A stretch of DNA of 58,514 nt from Thermoproteota archaeon (GCA_046728625.1 JBKPEX010000298.1:1-58514); one strand, 5' to 3'; positions 48,754 to 58,288 are shown, counted from the stretch's first letter. Notes: generated by a model not told the origin, from the sequence alone. Translations and numbers: made by a program.

Positions 48754-49311
48754 TTATGGCAATATTTTCCATTTTATAGAACAACCAATAGATGGATCAA
48801 AGTCATTCTCGAGATTCTCTTTGTTTAAAATTTTTTTTATATTATTTTCCATTACAGGAATATTTGGACTCATATCTGGTTCTACTGCGTCATTAATTCT
48901 GCCATGAAATACAAGCCTGCGTTCCGAGTCAAATAAAAACGGATCAGGAGTACACATTGCACCATATTGTTTTGCAGTCACCTGACTATCGTCGATCAAA
49001 TACGGAAAATTCAACCCGTAATTTTGTGCAAAAATTTTCATATTTTCAAAGCCTTCGTCTTGGTAACTTGTATCATTACTATTAATGCCCACTACCTGTA
49101 AGTCAGAAACGTTGAACTTTGACTGAAGATCTACTATATCTGATATTCTTGCTCTTACATACGGACAATGGTTGCATATAAATATGACAAGCAAGCATTT
49201 ACTGCTCTTAAAGTCATTTAAAGAATATACTTTATTGTCAACGCCTTTCAATCGAAAATCTGGTGCTACTTGACCAGTTCTTAAAACTTGACTCGAAGCT
49301 GTCCTAGCCAT
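48754..49311 (-). CDS. thioredoxin-fold thiol-disulfide oxidoreductase (redoxin/AhpC-TSA-like)
   Basis: FICNHCPYV gives a CxxC motif in a thioredoxin-fold context, with VGINSND...YPYLIDD-type blocks. Confidence 0.75.
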   Translation of the reverse strand: MARTASSQVLRTGQVAPDFRLKGVDNKVYSLNDFKSSKCLLVIFICNHCPYVRARISDIVDLQSKFNVSDLQVVGINSNDTSYQDEGFENMKIFAQNYGLNFPYLIDDSQVTAKQYGAMCTPDPFLFDSERRLVFHGRINDAVEPDMSPNIPVMENNIKKILNKENLENDFDPSIGCSIKWKILP

Positions 49312-49572
49312 GGTATTCTTCTTTTATTCTTGATGCTAATATTAAAAGATGCCCATGCTATCTTGGACTAGTGATCGTTAATGTAGAATGGAAAATAGTT
49401 GCGTACTGGTCGCGTCATCACAGTGTTAGCATCAGACTAATTAAGTTGGATAGGAACAAGTAGAAAATCTATTAATGATTGCAGTTTTTGTTCATAACGA
49501 ATCTAATTTTTATCAGACAGATTTGTTACTATAGATTCTTGTAAGGTAAGTAGGATTTCTATTAAAACTGTG

Positions 49573-49739
49573 TCCCGCGGGCAGGATTTGCCCCAAAAAA
49601 GACTAATGCTAATTTGTTTGAGCCTGCGACTCTTCGGTTACTGCCAGTTGTATGCCCGATAGGCTGCTTCTCGTGGTCAGCGATGCTATTATAGCCGACT
49701 TCTACAGCCGAAAGCTCTACCAGGCTGAGCTACCGCGGG
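49573..49739 (-). tRNA. tRNA-Tyr (GUA) interrupted by two intervening sequences (~63 nt in the anticodon loop, ~30 nt in the T-loop)
   Basis: The minus strand reads CCCGCGG UA GCUC AGCCUGGUA GAGC U UUCGG CUGUAG[63 nt]A CCGAA GAGUC GCAGG [37 nt containing the 7-nt T-loop] CCUGC CCGCGGG A. The acceptor stem pairs perfectly over 7 bp with C1-G72. The D arm is canonical and no CCA is encoded. The mature length would be 74 nt. Confidence 0.8.
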
Positions 49740-49763
49740 ATAGATTCGTTGTTGATTTGAGTG

Positions 49764-49771
49764 TTATATAA
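49764..49771 (-). promoter_or_regulatory. TATA box for tRNA-Tyr
   Basis: TTATATAA is centred ~28 nt upstream of tRNA position 1 (49739). A UUUU tract follows the 3' end on the minus strand (about 49564-49567). Confidence 0.5.
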
Positions 49772-49878
49772 TTGTGTTCGGTCTATTGCATGACAAGGAT
49801 AATAAGCCTCATAATTACCTATACACGAAACTTCTCTCTAAAGATATGCCAACATCTGTCCAAAAAGCTCAGCGTAGA

Positions 49879-50874
49879 TTAGTCGCTCAGGTATCTAGCA
49901 ATATCTCTAGAGAAATATGAAATTATCTTATCAGCACCGGATCTTTTTATAGATGCAATTGAATTCACTTTCCACTCTTCTTCATTTATCCAACCATGAA
50001 GTGCTGCAGCCTTTATCATGGCATATTCACCTGAAACATTTTGTACAGCAGTAGGAAATGCCAGTTTTTCTTTTATCATGTATACAAGGTCAAGATAAGC
50101 CATTGCAGGCTTTATCATAACCATGTCTGCTCCTTCTGCTATATCGGCTTCAATTTCCCTTAAAATCTGTCTTGTATTTGTATACGATACTTGGTATGAA
50201 GACTTGTCAATTTTGTTATAATCGTATATGTTCCTAGAATATGCAACATTTCTAAATGGAGTGTATAAAGATGAACAGTGTTTAGCAGAATAAGACAGGA
50301 TTTTTATTCTTCTAAAGCCATTATCATTAAGCGAATTCCTAATTGTGATCACCTGTCCGTCCATCATCGCAGAAGGTGCAACTATGTCAGCGCCAGCTTC
50401 AGCATGACTCAAGGCAGTATCTGCCAATAGGCTCAAGGTAGCATCATTGTCTACTGCACCTGAGTTATTGACAGCGTGGTTGGCCACGATTCCACAATGA
50501 CCGGACATGTTATATTGGCATAGACAAACATCTGTAATTGCATTTAAAGCATCTCCGAATTCCTTCTTAATCTTTCGCAAGGCTTTTTGTACAACTCCAT
50601 TTTTGTTGGCAGCAGCTGAGCCATTCCTGTCCCTTTCTTTAGGTATCCCAAATATAATAATAGAAGAAAGTCCAACATCAAGAATGGACTGAATATAATC
50701 GGTTAATTTATTCATGGATACTTTGGCTGTTCCTGGCATACAATGAATTTCAAGTTCTAGTTCTTCCTTTTCCTGAACAAATATCGGAAATACCATCTGG
50801 TCTTTCTGAAGACCTGTCGATTCTAGAAATTTCTTGTATAGATTATCATTGATCGACGCCTCATTTGTCTGCAA
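49879..50874 (-). CDS. porphobilinogen synthase (ALA dehydratase) paralog, divergent
   Basis: Shares DVCLCQYNMSGHCG, IVAPSAMMDGQV, YSAKHCSSLYTPFR, VMIKPAMAYLD and VSGEYAMIKAAA with the operon hemB. It lacks the N-terminal R(L/P)RRLR motif and the FGDRxxYQ block. Confidence 0.85.
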   Translation of the reverse strand: MQTNEASINDNLYKKFLESTGLQKDQMVFPIFVQEKEELELEIHCMPGTAKVSMNKLTDYIQSILDVGLSSIIIFGIPKERDRNGSAAANKNGVVQKALRKIKKEFGDALNAITDVCLCQYNMSGHCGIVANHAVNNSGAVDNDATLSLLADTALSHAEAGADIVAPSAMMDGQVITIRNSLNDNGFRRIKILSYSAKHCSSLYTPFRNVAYSRNIYDYNKIDKSSYQVSYTNTRQILREIEADIAEGADMVMIKPAMAYLDLVYMIKEKLAFPTAVQNVSGEYAMIKAAALHGWINEEEWKVNSIASIKRSGADKIISYFSRDIARYLSD

Positions 50875-50994
50875 TTACGAACTGATAGTATCTACTTAAA
50901 GTATTATGAATACTTATTGAATTTCAAGTATGGAGGGTGCAAATCTGTTAAAATAAGAAGCAAATAAGGGATAAATCTCTGGTCTTCCGACTAC

Positions 50995-51414
50995 CTAATT
51001 TGACTTAAGATCTCGTTTGAGATTGATAGTTTCCTTAAAACTCTCAATTTTCATATCATCACTTCCAGTTAATAATTTAGAAAATGAATGATTAGCCTTC
51101 TTTCCCAAAGTAATCGCTTTCTTTCCCTTTCGCAGAAAGGAAACTGTCACTCCATTATCGGTTAGCTTCTGACTTAACTCTTTAGCGGTTTTTAATTTAT
51201 CGAATAATCCCGTTTCGTCTTCAGGAGCCTTGAACAATGTAGGTTGCAACAAGTCGATAATTATGTTATCCTCTGAAATTTCTATTTTGACCGATTCCCG
51301 ACCTTCTGCATCAAGCGTGATCGTCCCCTGGCTTACGGTTCTTAACGCATTGATTAGCCTATTAGCTATCTGGTCGTTCTCATCGAAATGAAGGTGATCA
51401 TCCCCTATTACCAT
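50995..51414 (-). CDS. hypothetical protein
   Basis: 139-aa ORF with no motif recognised. Confidence 0.45.
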   Translation of the reverse strand: MVIGDDHLHFDENDQIANRLINALRTVSQGTITLDAEGRESVKIEISEDNIIIDLLQPTLFKAPEDETGLFDKLKTAKELSQKLTDNGVTVSFLRKGKKAITLGKKANHSFSKLLTGSDDMKIESFKETINLKRDLKSN

Positions 51415-51565
51415 GTTTCTCTTTGTACATAGAACCTTATTTTAGATGTTTCTTTTTTTTATAAACTTGTGCGCTTTAAATATACTAATTCTTATGAAAT
51501 AGTCACCCCGTATGAAAGGCCATATTATTTTATATTGATATCTGTCAAAATCTTATTCAAAAGCA

Positions 51566-52486
51566 ATGACAAGTATAACAATAGGCATACCGTCATTTAA
51601 CGAGGAAAAAAACATTCTTAGACTTCTGCACTCTTTGTCTGTCTCAAATGGAAAAGGTTTTGGTATTTCTGAAGTTATCATTTCTGATGACTCTGATGAC
51701 CGCACGGCTGAATTAGTAAAAGCCTTTTCTATAGCGAATCCAAGTTTGAATATAAAATATATTCACCACAGCACCAGAAGAGGCACTGCGTTAGCCTGGA
51801 ATGAAATTTTCGAAAATGCCAGTGGAGCCATTATAGTATTGTATGATGCCGATACTATTCCAGATAGAAAATGTACTGAGGAACTAGTTCAATATGTTGA
51901 AGGAAAGATAGGGCTCTGTGCCTCCAATCCTGAACCTCTAGGCGAAAGCAAAAGATCCTTACTTAATAGCGCGGCCATTTTTATTTCAAGGTGGCTTAGA
52001 TCTATCAGATTGAGGGGGCTTTCCCAATATACTGTCATGGGCAGATCCCTTGCAATTCGTACAGATCTGGCAAAAAAGATAAGCTTACCTGGGAGTATAA
52101 TAGCAGTTGATCTTTACCTTCAGTGTAAAGTTATTGAAAATGGCCTAGATATTTTTTACAATGATAATGCGATAGTTTATTTTTCACCACCAAAAACTAT
52201 GTTAGATCTTGCGTCCCAGATCATACGAGCATCAAACGGTCATAAGCAGATCAGAGACTATATAAAAAAATTTAGATTTCAACTGTCATCTAAGATTACG
52301 CTAATTGAAACACTGAGAAACCTCATTTCTGATCCCGTTGGAGCATTATCTGTTGCTGTATGCTATGTTCTTCTTCCATATTATCGAGCCAAGGTTAAAG
52401 ACTTAAATTCTGTCCGCTGGCATGTCGCCGATAGTACAAAAACCTTAGGTTCAGGATTCAAATCTGACCAGCGATTAAATCAGTAG
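51566..52486 (+). CDS. family 2 glycosyltransferase
   Basis: ITIGIPSFNEEKNI, IISDDSDD and YDADT (DxD) are the GT-A/GT2 signature. Confidence 0.8.
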   Translation: MTSITIGIPSFNEEKNILRLLHSLSVSNGKGFGISEVIISDDSDDRTAELVKAFSIANPSLNIKYIHHSTRRGTALAWNEIFENASGAIIVLYDADTIPDRKCTEELVQYVEGKIGLCASNPEPLGESKRSLLNSAAIFISRWLRSIRLRGLSQYTVMGRSLAIRTDLAKKISLPGSIIAVDLYLQCKVIENGLDIFYNDNAIVYFSPPKTMLDLASQIIRASNGHKQIRDYIKKFRFQLSSKITLIETLRNLISDPVGALSVAVCYVLLPYYRAKVKDLNSVRWHVADSTKTLGSGFKSDQRLNQ

Positions 52487-52664
52487 CCAATAGTCGCAAT
52501 AAACTCTAATATTTGGAAATCTGAGATGTATTTCTTACCACAGATTTACCTTAACCGGTGCCATCTAATGATATATGAGATTGGAAATAGTCAGCAGTTA
52601 TAATAATTGTACATTTCTCCGAGCGGGATCGACGCTTGGTATAGCGGGATAGTATTAGAACCGA

Positions 52665-53003
52665 TTACCTCTTTTGATCGCCGCCGTTTATCTCACTCAG
52701 CAACTGATCTAAATCTATTTCTGTCAAACCCGTACCCATCTTAGCGTCTCTACGCGCAACAATATTACCATGATCGAAGGCAATTATGGTTGGTACTGCT
52801 GATATTTCGAAACGGTCCCAGAGAGGATTATCATCCTCGTTTATTTTCACGCTGATCATTTTGTATTTTGAAACTTGTGATTTCTGTTCAAAAAACGGTT
52901 TGAATTTTTGGCAAAACGGGCACCAATCAGCATAGAACATTGCTATTGTCCTGTTCGAAGAATGTATCCATTTATCAAATTGGTCTGATTCAATGTTCTC
53001 CAT
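52665..53003 (-). CDS. thioredoxin
   Basis: FYADWCPFCQKFKP gives WCxxC in a thioredoxin-length protein (112 aa). tatatata at 53025-53032 is ~25 nt upstream of the ATG. Confidence 0.8.
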   Translation of the reverse strand: MENIESDQFDKWIHSSNRTIAMFYADWCPFCQKFKPFFEQKSQVSKYKMISVKINEDDNPLWDRFEISAVPTIIAFDHGNIVARRDAKMGTGLTEIDLDQLLSEINGGDQKR

Positions 53004-53253
53004 GTAAAGGATTAGATAATATCATATATATACCGGTAACTGACAGCTCCGGGGTTAAATAATAGGTAACACGGGTCACTGCCGCTGCTAGTCTCCTAGA
53101 ATCGGTGCTATAAAAACGACGATAATTCTGGCAAGATATGGAATACGTACGAAGATAATCCTGCATTTTGACAGGATGTGAACAAATTAAATAAGTTTAT
53201 CAGGTGACACAAGTACCCATCTGAAATAGTACTTGGGGACATTAATAAGCAAA

Positions 53254-54018
53254 TCAGGAGCTTCTTGACTTCAAGATTTCGCTAAATCCATCTTCGAACT
53301 CTTTTTGAACTATATCTATTAATTTTATAAATTTATTGTCTTCTGAGAGAACTGTTTTCATTGAGGTTTCAACTTCATATAATGCTACCTTGGCACCATC
53401 ATTGACAGTATCAGGATTAGCAGTAAGTATGTTAGATTCGTTATAGAATATTACTATTTTAAAACCTAAGAACTTGGCATGCCATTGCAAATCGATCTCA
53501 AGTTGCTTAGTATAAATTTCATTCTCTTCCCTGTTTGATATGTCTCTTATAACATCGATTGCTTTGAAAGTAGTCTCGCAGCATTCCCTTAGATATTGAG
53601 TTATAATGTAATACAATCGGGCTGTGCAGTTTTTTATGGTGTCTGGCTCAAAATAAGGATAAAGTAGTGTTTGAAGTATTATACTGTCCTTATATTTTAT
53701 TAACAACTTTGGGGGATAATTTGTTATACTGGATAAGATGTAAAGCAATCCATGTGAAGTTAATCTACAGTTATCGGCTTCATGCAAAGATTTTCCTTCA
53801 TGCGTTTCTTCTATGAAGTTTATATCCTTTAGTCGTTTTGCAACAATATATTCGCTAGTATCTACCTTTGGATGACGTCTAAGCTTAAGATAAGACGTTA
53901 TTTTACTAGTTGACGGATTAGAGTTCATAATTTTGAAAAGGAATGACTTGTCAGTATCCTCAATTTTCTCTATTCGTTTATAGGTCAACAGTTCTGACAT
54001 ATATCCTGAATAGTCCAT
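53254..54018 (-). CDS. hypothetical protein
   Basis: 254-aa ORF with a possible N-terminal wHTH-like segment (IVAKRLKDINFIEE...RLTSHGLLYIL). No family recognised. Confidence 0.5.
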   Translation of the reverse strand: MDYSGYMSELLTYKRIEKIEDTDKSFLFKIMNSNPSTSKITSYLKLRRHPKVDTSEYIVAKRLKDINFIEETHEGKSLHEADNCRLTSHGLLYILSSITNYPPKLLIKYKDSIILQTLLYPYFEPDTIKNCTARLYYIITQYLRECCETTFKAIDVIRDISNREENEIYTKQLEIDLQWHAKFLGFKIVIFYNESNILTANPDTVNDGAKVALYEVETSMKTVLSEDNKFIKLIDIVQKEFEDGFSEILKSRSS

Positions 54019-54338
54019 AGCTATGTAGATGGGGTTTACTTCATATATGTTCGTTATTTCTATTGTTTGTAAGGATTAAGCAACTGTAAAGGTTACCTTA
54101 AATTGTAATTCTAGAAATAACAAAAAAATGTTCACAGCTGAGATATATTCGGTACGTATAAAGGAGGTATTGTAAAGCGAAAGATACGTTATTACATTAC
54201 ATTACCTAAGCCTTTTCAGCAAACAAGGATATTTACATGTACTTTTGAAAGAAAAATAAAAAAGCAGTTAATTGTAGATATCTGAGAAGTTATAAAAATT
54301 GAATGTAAATGTAGATATTTGAGAGGCTATAGAATTAA

Positions 54339-55115
54339 ATGGACAATGAATTGATCAGGCCTGTTTATAAAAAATCAAAGTTCCTTGTTATTAGACAAGT
54401 ATTTCTTATCGCATATTTGACTGGAGTTTTATGGCTTCGCAGAAATCCGCTCTCAATGGTTTTCAGCGCAATAAGTCCGTTTTCGCTCTTGTTTGTTTTA
54501 TTTGTAGTTAGTAACGGACAGTATATTCAATTTGCCATTGCTGGTAGTCTTGTTATGGCATTGGTAGGATATGGACTCGCTCTAGGACAAGACATTTCAT
54601 TCTATAAGACAGAGTATAAAGTTCAGGATGTATTTGTGGCATCTCCAGTTTCGTCTCTTACATATATGACTGGGCTTGCATTATCTGAACTTTTATTTGG
54701 CCTTCCGGCATTAATAGTGCTTACCGTTCTTGCTGCTTACTTCGAGACTTCATTCAGTAATATCCCCTTGTTGCTGTCGACAATCTTGTTGATTTGGGGC
54801 TCAATGTCCGCTATGGGATTTTTCCTATCCTCACACATGCTTCATATGAGAAATTCTACACAGTTAATTTCTTTTGTAAACGTTGTACTGGCAGTATTGC
54901 CTCCTGTTTTTTATTCAATAAATCGTTTACCAGTGGAGTTACAATATTTATCGTATGCTATACCTACCACTCATGCATCCCTAATGTTGCAATACATTAT
55001 GGGAATCCACACTCCCAAAGAATGGTCTATCACCGTAGGTTTGATAGTGCAGATCGCTTATCTTGTAGGGTTCGTTGTCCTGGCAAAGACAAAAGCCATT
55101 TGGAGAGAGGCCTGA
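54339..55115 (+). CDS. ABC-2-type transporter permease
   Basis: 258 aa with about six TM helices and a layout typical of ABC-2 exporters. No ATPase gene is adjacent. Confidence 0.6.
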   Translation: MDNELIRPVYKKSKFLVIRQVFLIAYLTGVLWLRRNPLSMVFSAISPFSLLFVLFVVSNGQYIQFAIAGSLVMALVGYGLALGQDISFYKTEYKVQDVFVASPVSSLTYMTGLALSELLFGLPALIVLTVLAAYFETSFSNIPLLLSTILLIWGSMSAMGFFLSSHMLHMRNSTQLISFVNVVLAVLPPVFYSINRLPVELQYLSYAIPTTHASLMLQYIMGIHTPKEWSITVGLIVQIAYLVGFVVLAKTKAIWREA

Positions 55116-55198
55116 GGTTATCCCAGATGGATCAGGTTATAGCTCGGTATTAATGAAACCATTATAAGATCATAAAACAGTGTTTCTTATGACAGGAT

Positions 55199-55714
55199 AT
55201 GAAGGCAGAGGAATTTTCCAAAAACATACTGTCTATTGATCCGGACATTAGATTTGCTGGTATAATGGATAAGTCTGGATATTTGTATGCAGGTGGAATA
55301 AGAGAAGGTTTAGAAGGATATCTGCATGGAAAAAACAATGAAACGAGCTTCGCTCAATCTGCTTATATTGTTGGGCTGAGAAAAATATTTTCTTCGGAAC
55401 TAGGTAATCTGCGCTATATTGTCTATAATTACGATAAGGTAAAACTGTTTAGCTTGCCTGTAGGAGAAAACATACTAGTCTTTTCAACAACTTCTAGTGT
55501 TGATACCGAGAAATTACTTTACAGCGTGACAGAATATGTCAAGTCAGTATATGATAAGCTAACCCTATATCCTCCTGCTAACATTATAAATAACGAAAAG
55601 AAGGAAGTACTGAAAAATTTACATGAATCCGGTATTGCAGAAGAAATGATTGCGGAGCAGCTTGACCTTAACCTAAATACTGTTAGGACTTTAATTCAAG
55701 AATTAAGAATTTAG
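55199..55714 (+). CDS. Roadblock/LC7-like domain protein with C-terminal HTH (paralog of 33821..34201)
   Basis: The N-terminal ~115 aa align by eye with the 126-aa ORF at 33821. The C-terminal ~45 aa (EVLKNLHESGIAEEMIAEQLDLNLNTVRTLIQEL) look like a small HTH. Confidence 0.6.
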   Translation: MKAEEFSKNILSIDPDIRFAGIMDKSGYLYAGGIREGLEGYLHGKNNETSFAQSAYIVGLRKIFSSELGNLRYIVYNYDKVKLFSLPVGENILVFSTTSSVDTEKLLYSVTEYVKSVYDKLTLYPPANIINNEKKEVLKNLHESGIAEEMIAEQLDLNLNTVRTLIQELRI

Positions 55715-55784
55715 CTGGACTAGTTAAGCATTTTTCCTATGAATGCTATGGGTATATCTAGGATTTCAGCATAGAGTCAGCTAT

Positions 55785-56018
55785 CTACCGATCATGTTTT
55801 AATACATTCTTTGCTGCAAGACGAATATCATCTGATTTTATCGTCTTTCGACCAGCATGATTTGACAGATCTACTGCTTGTTTAGCAATTCTTATGGATA
55901 TCTCTTCAAGTATTTTTCTAAGCTCATTTGCAGCCTCGTCGCTAACTCTTTCTGCTCCAGATTTTTTTAGTACGCGATACATGGTAGCAAGACCGAGTTC
56001 AGGATTACTATTAGACAT
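55785..56018 (-). CDS. archaeal histone (HMf-type histone fold)
   Basis: LGLATMYRVLKKSGAERVSDEAANELRKILEEISIRIAKQAVDLSNHAGRKTIKSDDIRLA is a canonical archaeal histone-fold sequence. Confidence 0.85.
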   Translation of the reverse strand: MSNSNPELGLATMYRVLKKSGAERVSDEAANELRKILEEISIRIAKQAVDLSNHAGRKTIKSDDIRLAAKNVLKHDR

Positions 56019-56477
56019 GTTATATGTTTTATAAACTATTGCTGCGTTAAAAGGTAAATGGTAAACAAAGTAATAGTTGTGTCTTAGAATATTATGGCAT
56101 GGCGCACAATACCTTCAAAACTTGTATTATTAAATATATATTTTATAAATACAAGTAATGACGACCGATCCTTTTAATTCTGTAAAAGACGGGATCCGCT
56201 TGACATATAAATCGTTTACTGGACAAGCTATTGCGATGATAAATCTAGAATATCAATAAATATATAGCCATAGACGAGATTTCAAATGAATTAGACATAG
56301 TTTGTAGAATCGCCTACAGTGATAAAGGGTTTGTACAATAGTTGATTCTGAGTAATTTTACCTCATTTGCCTTTTCTTGGATTGAATTATTCCGACCGGA
56401 AGACTTGCGTTACAACATATATCCTTTTAACGGTTATAGGTGACATAGATGTTCCTAATTGCAGGTCCAGAACACAC

Positions 56478-57272
56478 ATGAAGGCCATATTGCTAGCCGG
56501 AGGACTAGGGACTAGAGGCAAACCATATACTGATTACTTTCCCAAAGCTATGATTCCTATTGAGGGCAGGCCTATAATCGACTATATAATCAGGTATCTG
56601 ACTATTTTTTCTCATATCAGCGACATTATAATAGTCTGCGAATTTGACAGACTTGGAAAGCAAATAATCAATTATTTCGAAGGAAAAGAATCCATAATCG
56701 GCAAGTCGATTTCATTTATCGAAGATAAAAAATGTGGAACGGGAGGTGCCCTCTTAGAGGTCGAAGAAAGAGTAAAACAAGACAAATATTTTATGGTATG
56801 GTTTGCCGACAATCTTGTTGCATTGAACGTGGATGACATGGTAAAACAATACTGTGCCACGAATAACAAGATAAAGTCAAAAGTTACAGGAATTATCGCA
56901 GTTAGAAAGGAGAAAGCAGTAGAAACTGGTCGGATACTACTAGAGTATGATATCGACAGTCAACTCGCCTGCGATATTAGGCCTGTAAAATCCTTTATTG
57001 AAAAGGGAATCTTAGAATTAGAGCTGCCAGAGGCTACCGGAATATATCTCTTTACTAACAAGATCTTCGACCATTTGCACAGGAGGCCAAAGCAAGTATC
57101 ACGGAGTGTGAATTTGTCTAGCGATATATTTACACAAATACCAAAATCAGGAGATTTGCTGTTTTCTTATCTCATTAACAAAAATCTAGAGTGGATAGAC
57201 ATTGAGTCACTTTCACATCTAGAAAGGAATCGAGAGACGGTAATGAAAGTATTGAGACAAATGGGATTCTGA
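56478..57272 (+). CDS. sugar-phosphate nucleotidyltransferase (NDP-sugar pyrophosphorylase)
   Basis: MKAILLAGGLGTRGKPYT...PKAMIPI.GRPIIDY is the G-x-G-T-R nucleotidyltransferase signature. I chose the internal ATG at 56478. Confidence 0.8.
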   Translation: MKAILLAGGLGTRGKPYTDYFPKAMIPIEGRPIIDYIIRYLTIFSHISDIIIVCEFDRLGKQIINYFEGKESIIGKSISFIEDKKCGTGGALLEVEERVKQDKYFMVWFADNLVALNVDDMVKQYCATNNKIKSKVTGIIAVRKEKAVETGRILLEYDIDSQLACDIRPVKSFIEKGILELELPEATGIYLFTNKIFDHLHRRPKQVSRSVNLSSDIFTQIPKSGDLLFSYLINKNLEWIDIESLSHLERNRETVMKVLRQMGF

Positions 57273-57493
57273 TATGATATGTTTCTCTTACAGTAGTAGC
57301 TTCATCTCATATCTTTGTTCCCGTGTATGGTTAGTTCATAGCCTTCTATCCATTGCTACCTAAATATAACCAATGGATAATTTCATCAAAATCTTGTCCT
57401 TCTATTACAATAATTTGTTTAATCTTTTGCTAGGGGTAGTACTGATGGCCTCAGATTAATATATCCTTGTTTGTCGAATTTGGATATTAGTAA

Positions 57494-57877
57494 TTGGCCT
57501 TAGCAGATATTGACTACCTGTTAGAGCTTCCAAATAGGAAGCTTGTGGTAGCAGAAAATGATATCGATTTAACATTAAATACGGAGAACACCATCTTCAT
57601 CTTGATGGTTGAAGCATCGCCTGGTTCTGCAGGCGGAAGAGGCGGGGGCTCGGGTAGCAGAAAAATTAACAGAATACTCGGTTTTGCGTGCGACAAAGGA
57701 GTTTGTATAAAAACTTTAGATACCATTCAGGAAGCCATAATTGAACAGTTCGACATTCCTTACAGTGCAGTAGCAATGGATATCAAACTTTCGACAGGAA
57801 AGTCATTAGTCATACAAGGATTAACCGATTCAGAGTTAATCAAATCTTATACGAACTTGGTAAATAAGCTAAAATAG
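57494..57877 (+). CDS. hypothetical protein with Gly/Arg-rich loop
   Basis: 127-aa ORF with a TTG start and an internal SPGSAGGRGGGSGSRK segment. No family recognised. Confidence 0.4.
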   Translation: MALADIDYLLELPNRKLVVAENDIDLTLNTENTIFILMVEASPGSAGGRGGGSGSRKINRILGFACDKGVCIKTLDTIQEAIIEQFDIPYSAVAMDIKLSTGKSLVIQGLTDSELIKSYTNLVNKLK

Positions 57878-57940
57878 TATCTTGGCTCATTCATTACGTC
57901 ATTGTCATCAGAAAAAGAAAGAGCTGGTAATATTGAAAGG

Positions 57941-58288
57941 ATGGCTTCGGCTATTGAAGATCTGCTTTACATGGGTATCATTAAATTTAGCAGTATGGAT
58001 GACCACAAAGGAAAAGTTATTTTCTCCACACAATTCTCAATTATTGTTTCAAACATCATGTCAGAAAAAAAACCCAAAGAGCATAACGATAATGAAATAA
58101 TGAAATTGATGTATTATTCTATACTGATTTACATGAATGAATATCTCAAACTGCCGAAATCTCTAACTATGGCATTTGGCAATGATCTAGAGCACCATCA
58201 AGAAGATATGCAGTGTAGTAATTTAATTTCTAATTATGTAACTATACTACAAAGCATTTTTGTAGACGAAAGAAACGAGATAAAATAA
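57941..58288 (+). CDS. hypothetical protein
   Basis: The ORF follows the previous one by 24-60 nt on the same strand. I prefer the ATG at 57941 (MASAIEDL...) over the TTG at 57902. No family recognised. Confidence 0.4.
   Translation: MASAIEDLLYMGIIKFSSMDDHKGKVIFSTQFSIIVSNIMSEKKPKEHNDNEIMKLMYYSILIYMNEYLKLPKSLTMAFGNDLEHHQEDMQCSNLISNYVTILQSIFVDERNEIK

Noticed and set aside
54794-55153. 119-aa ORF in an alternative frame of the ABC-2 permease, considered as a possible frameshift or overlapping gene.
   Set aside because: The permease frame is continuous and hydrophobic through this region. The alternative frame is Cys/Phe-rich junk with no independent start context.
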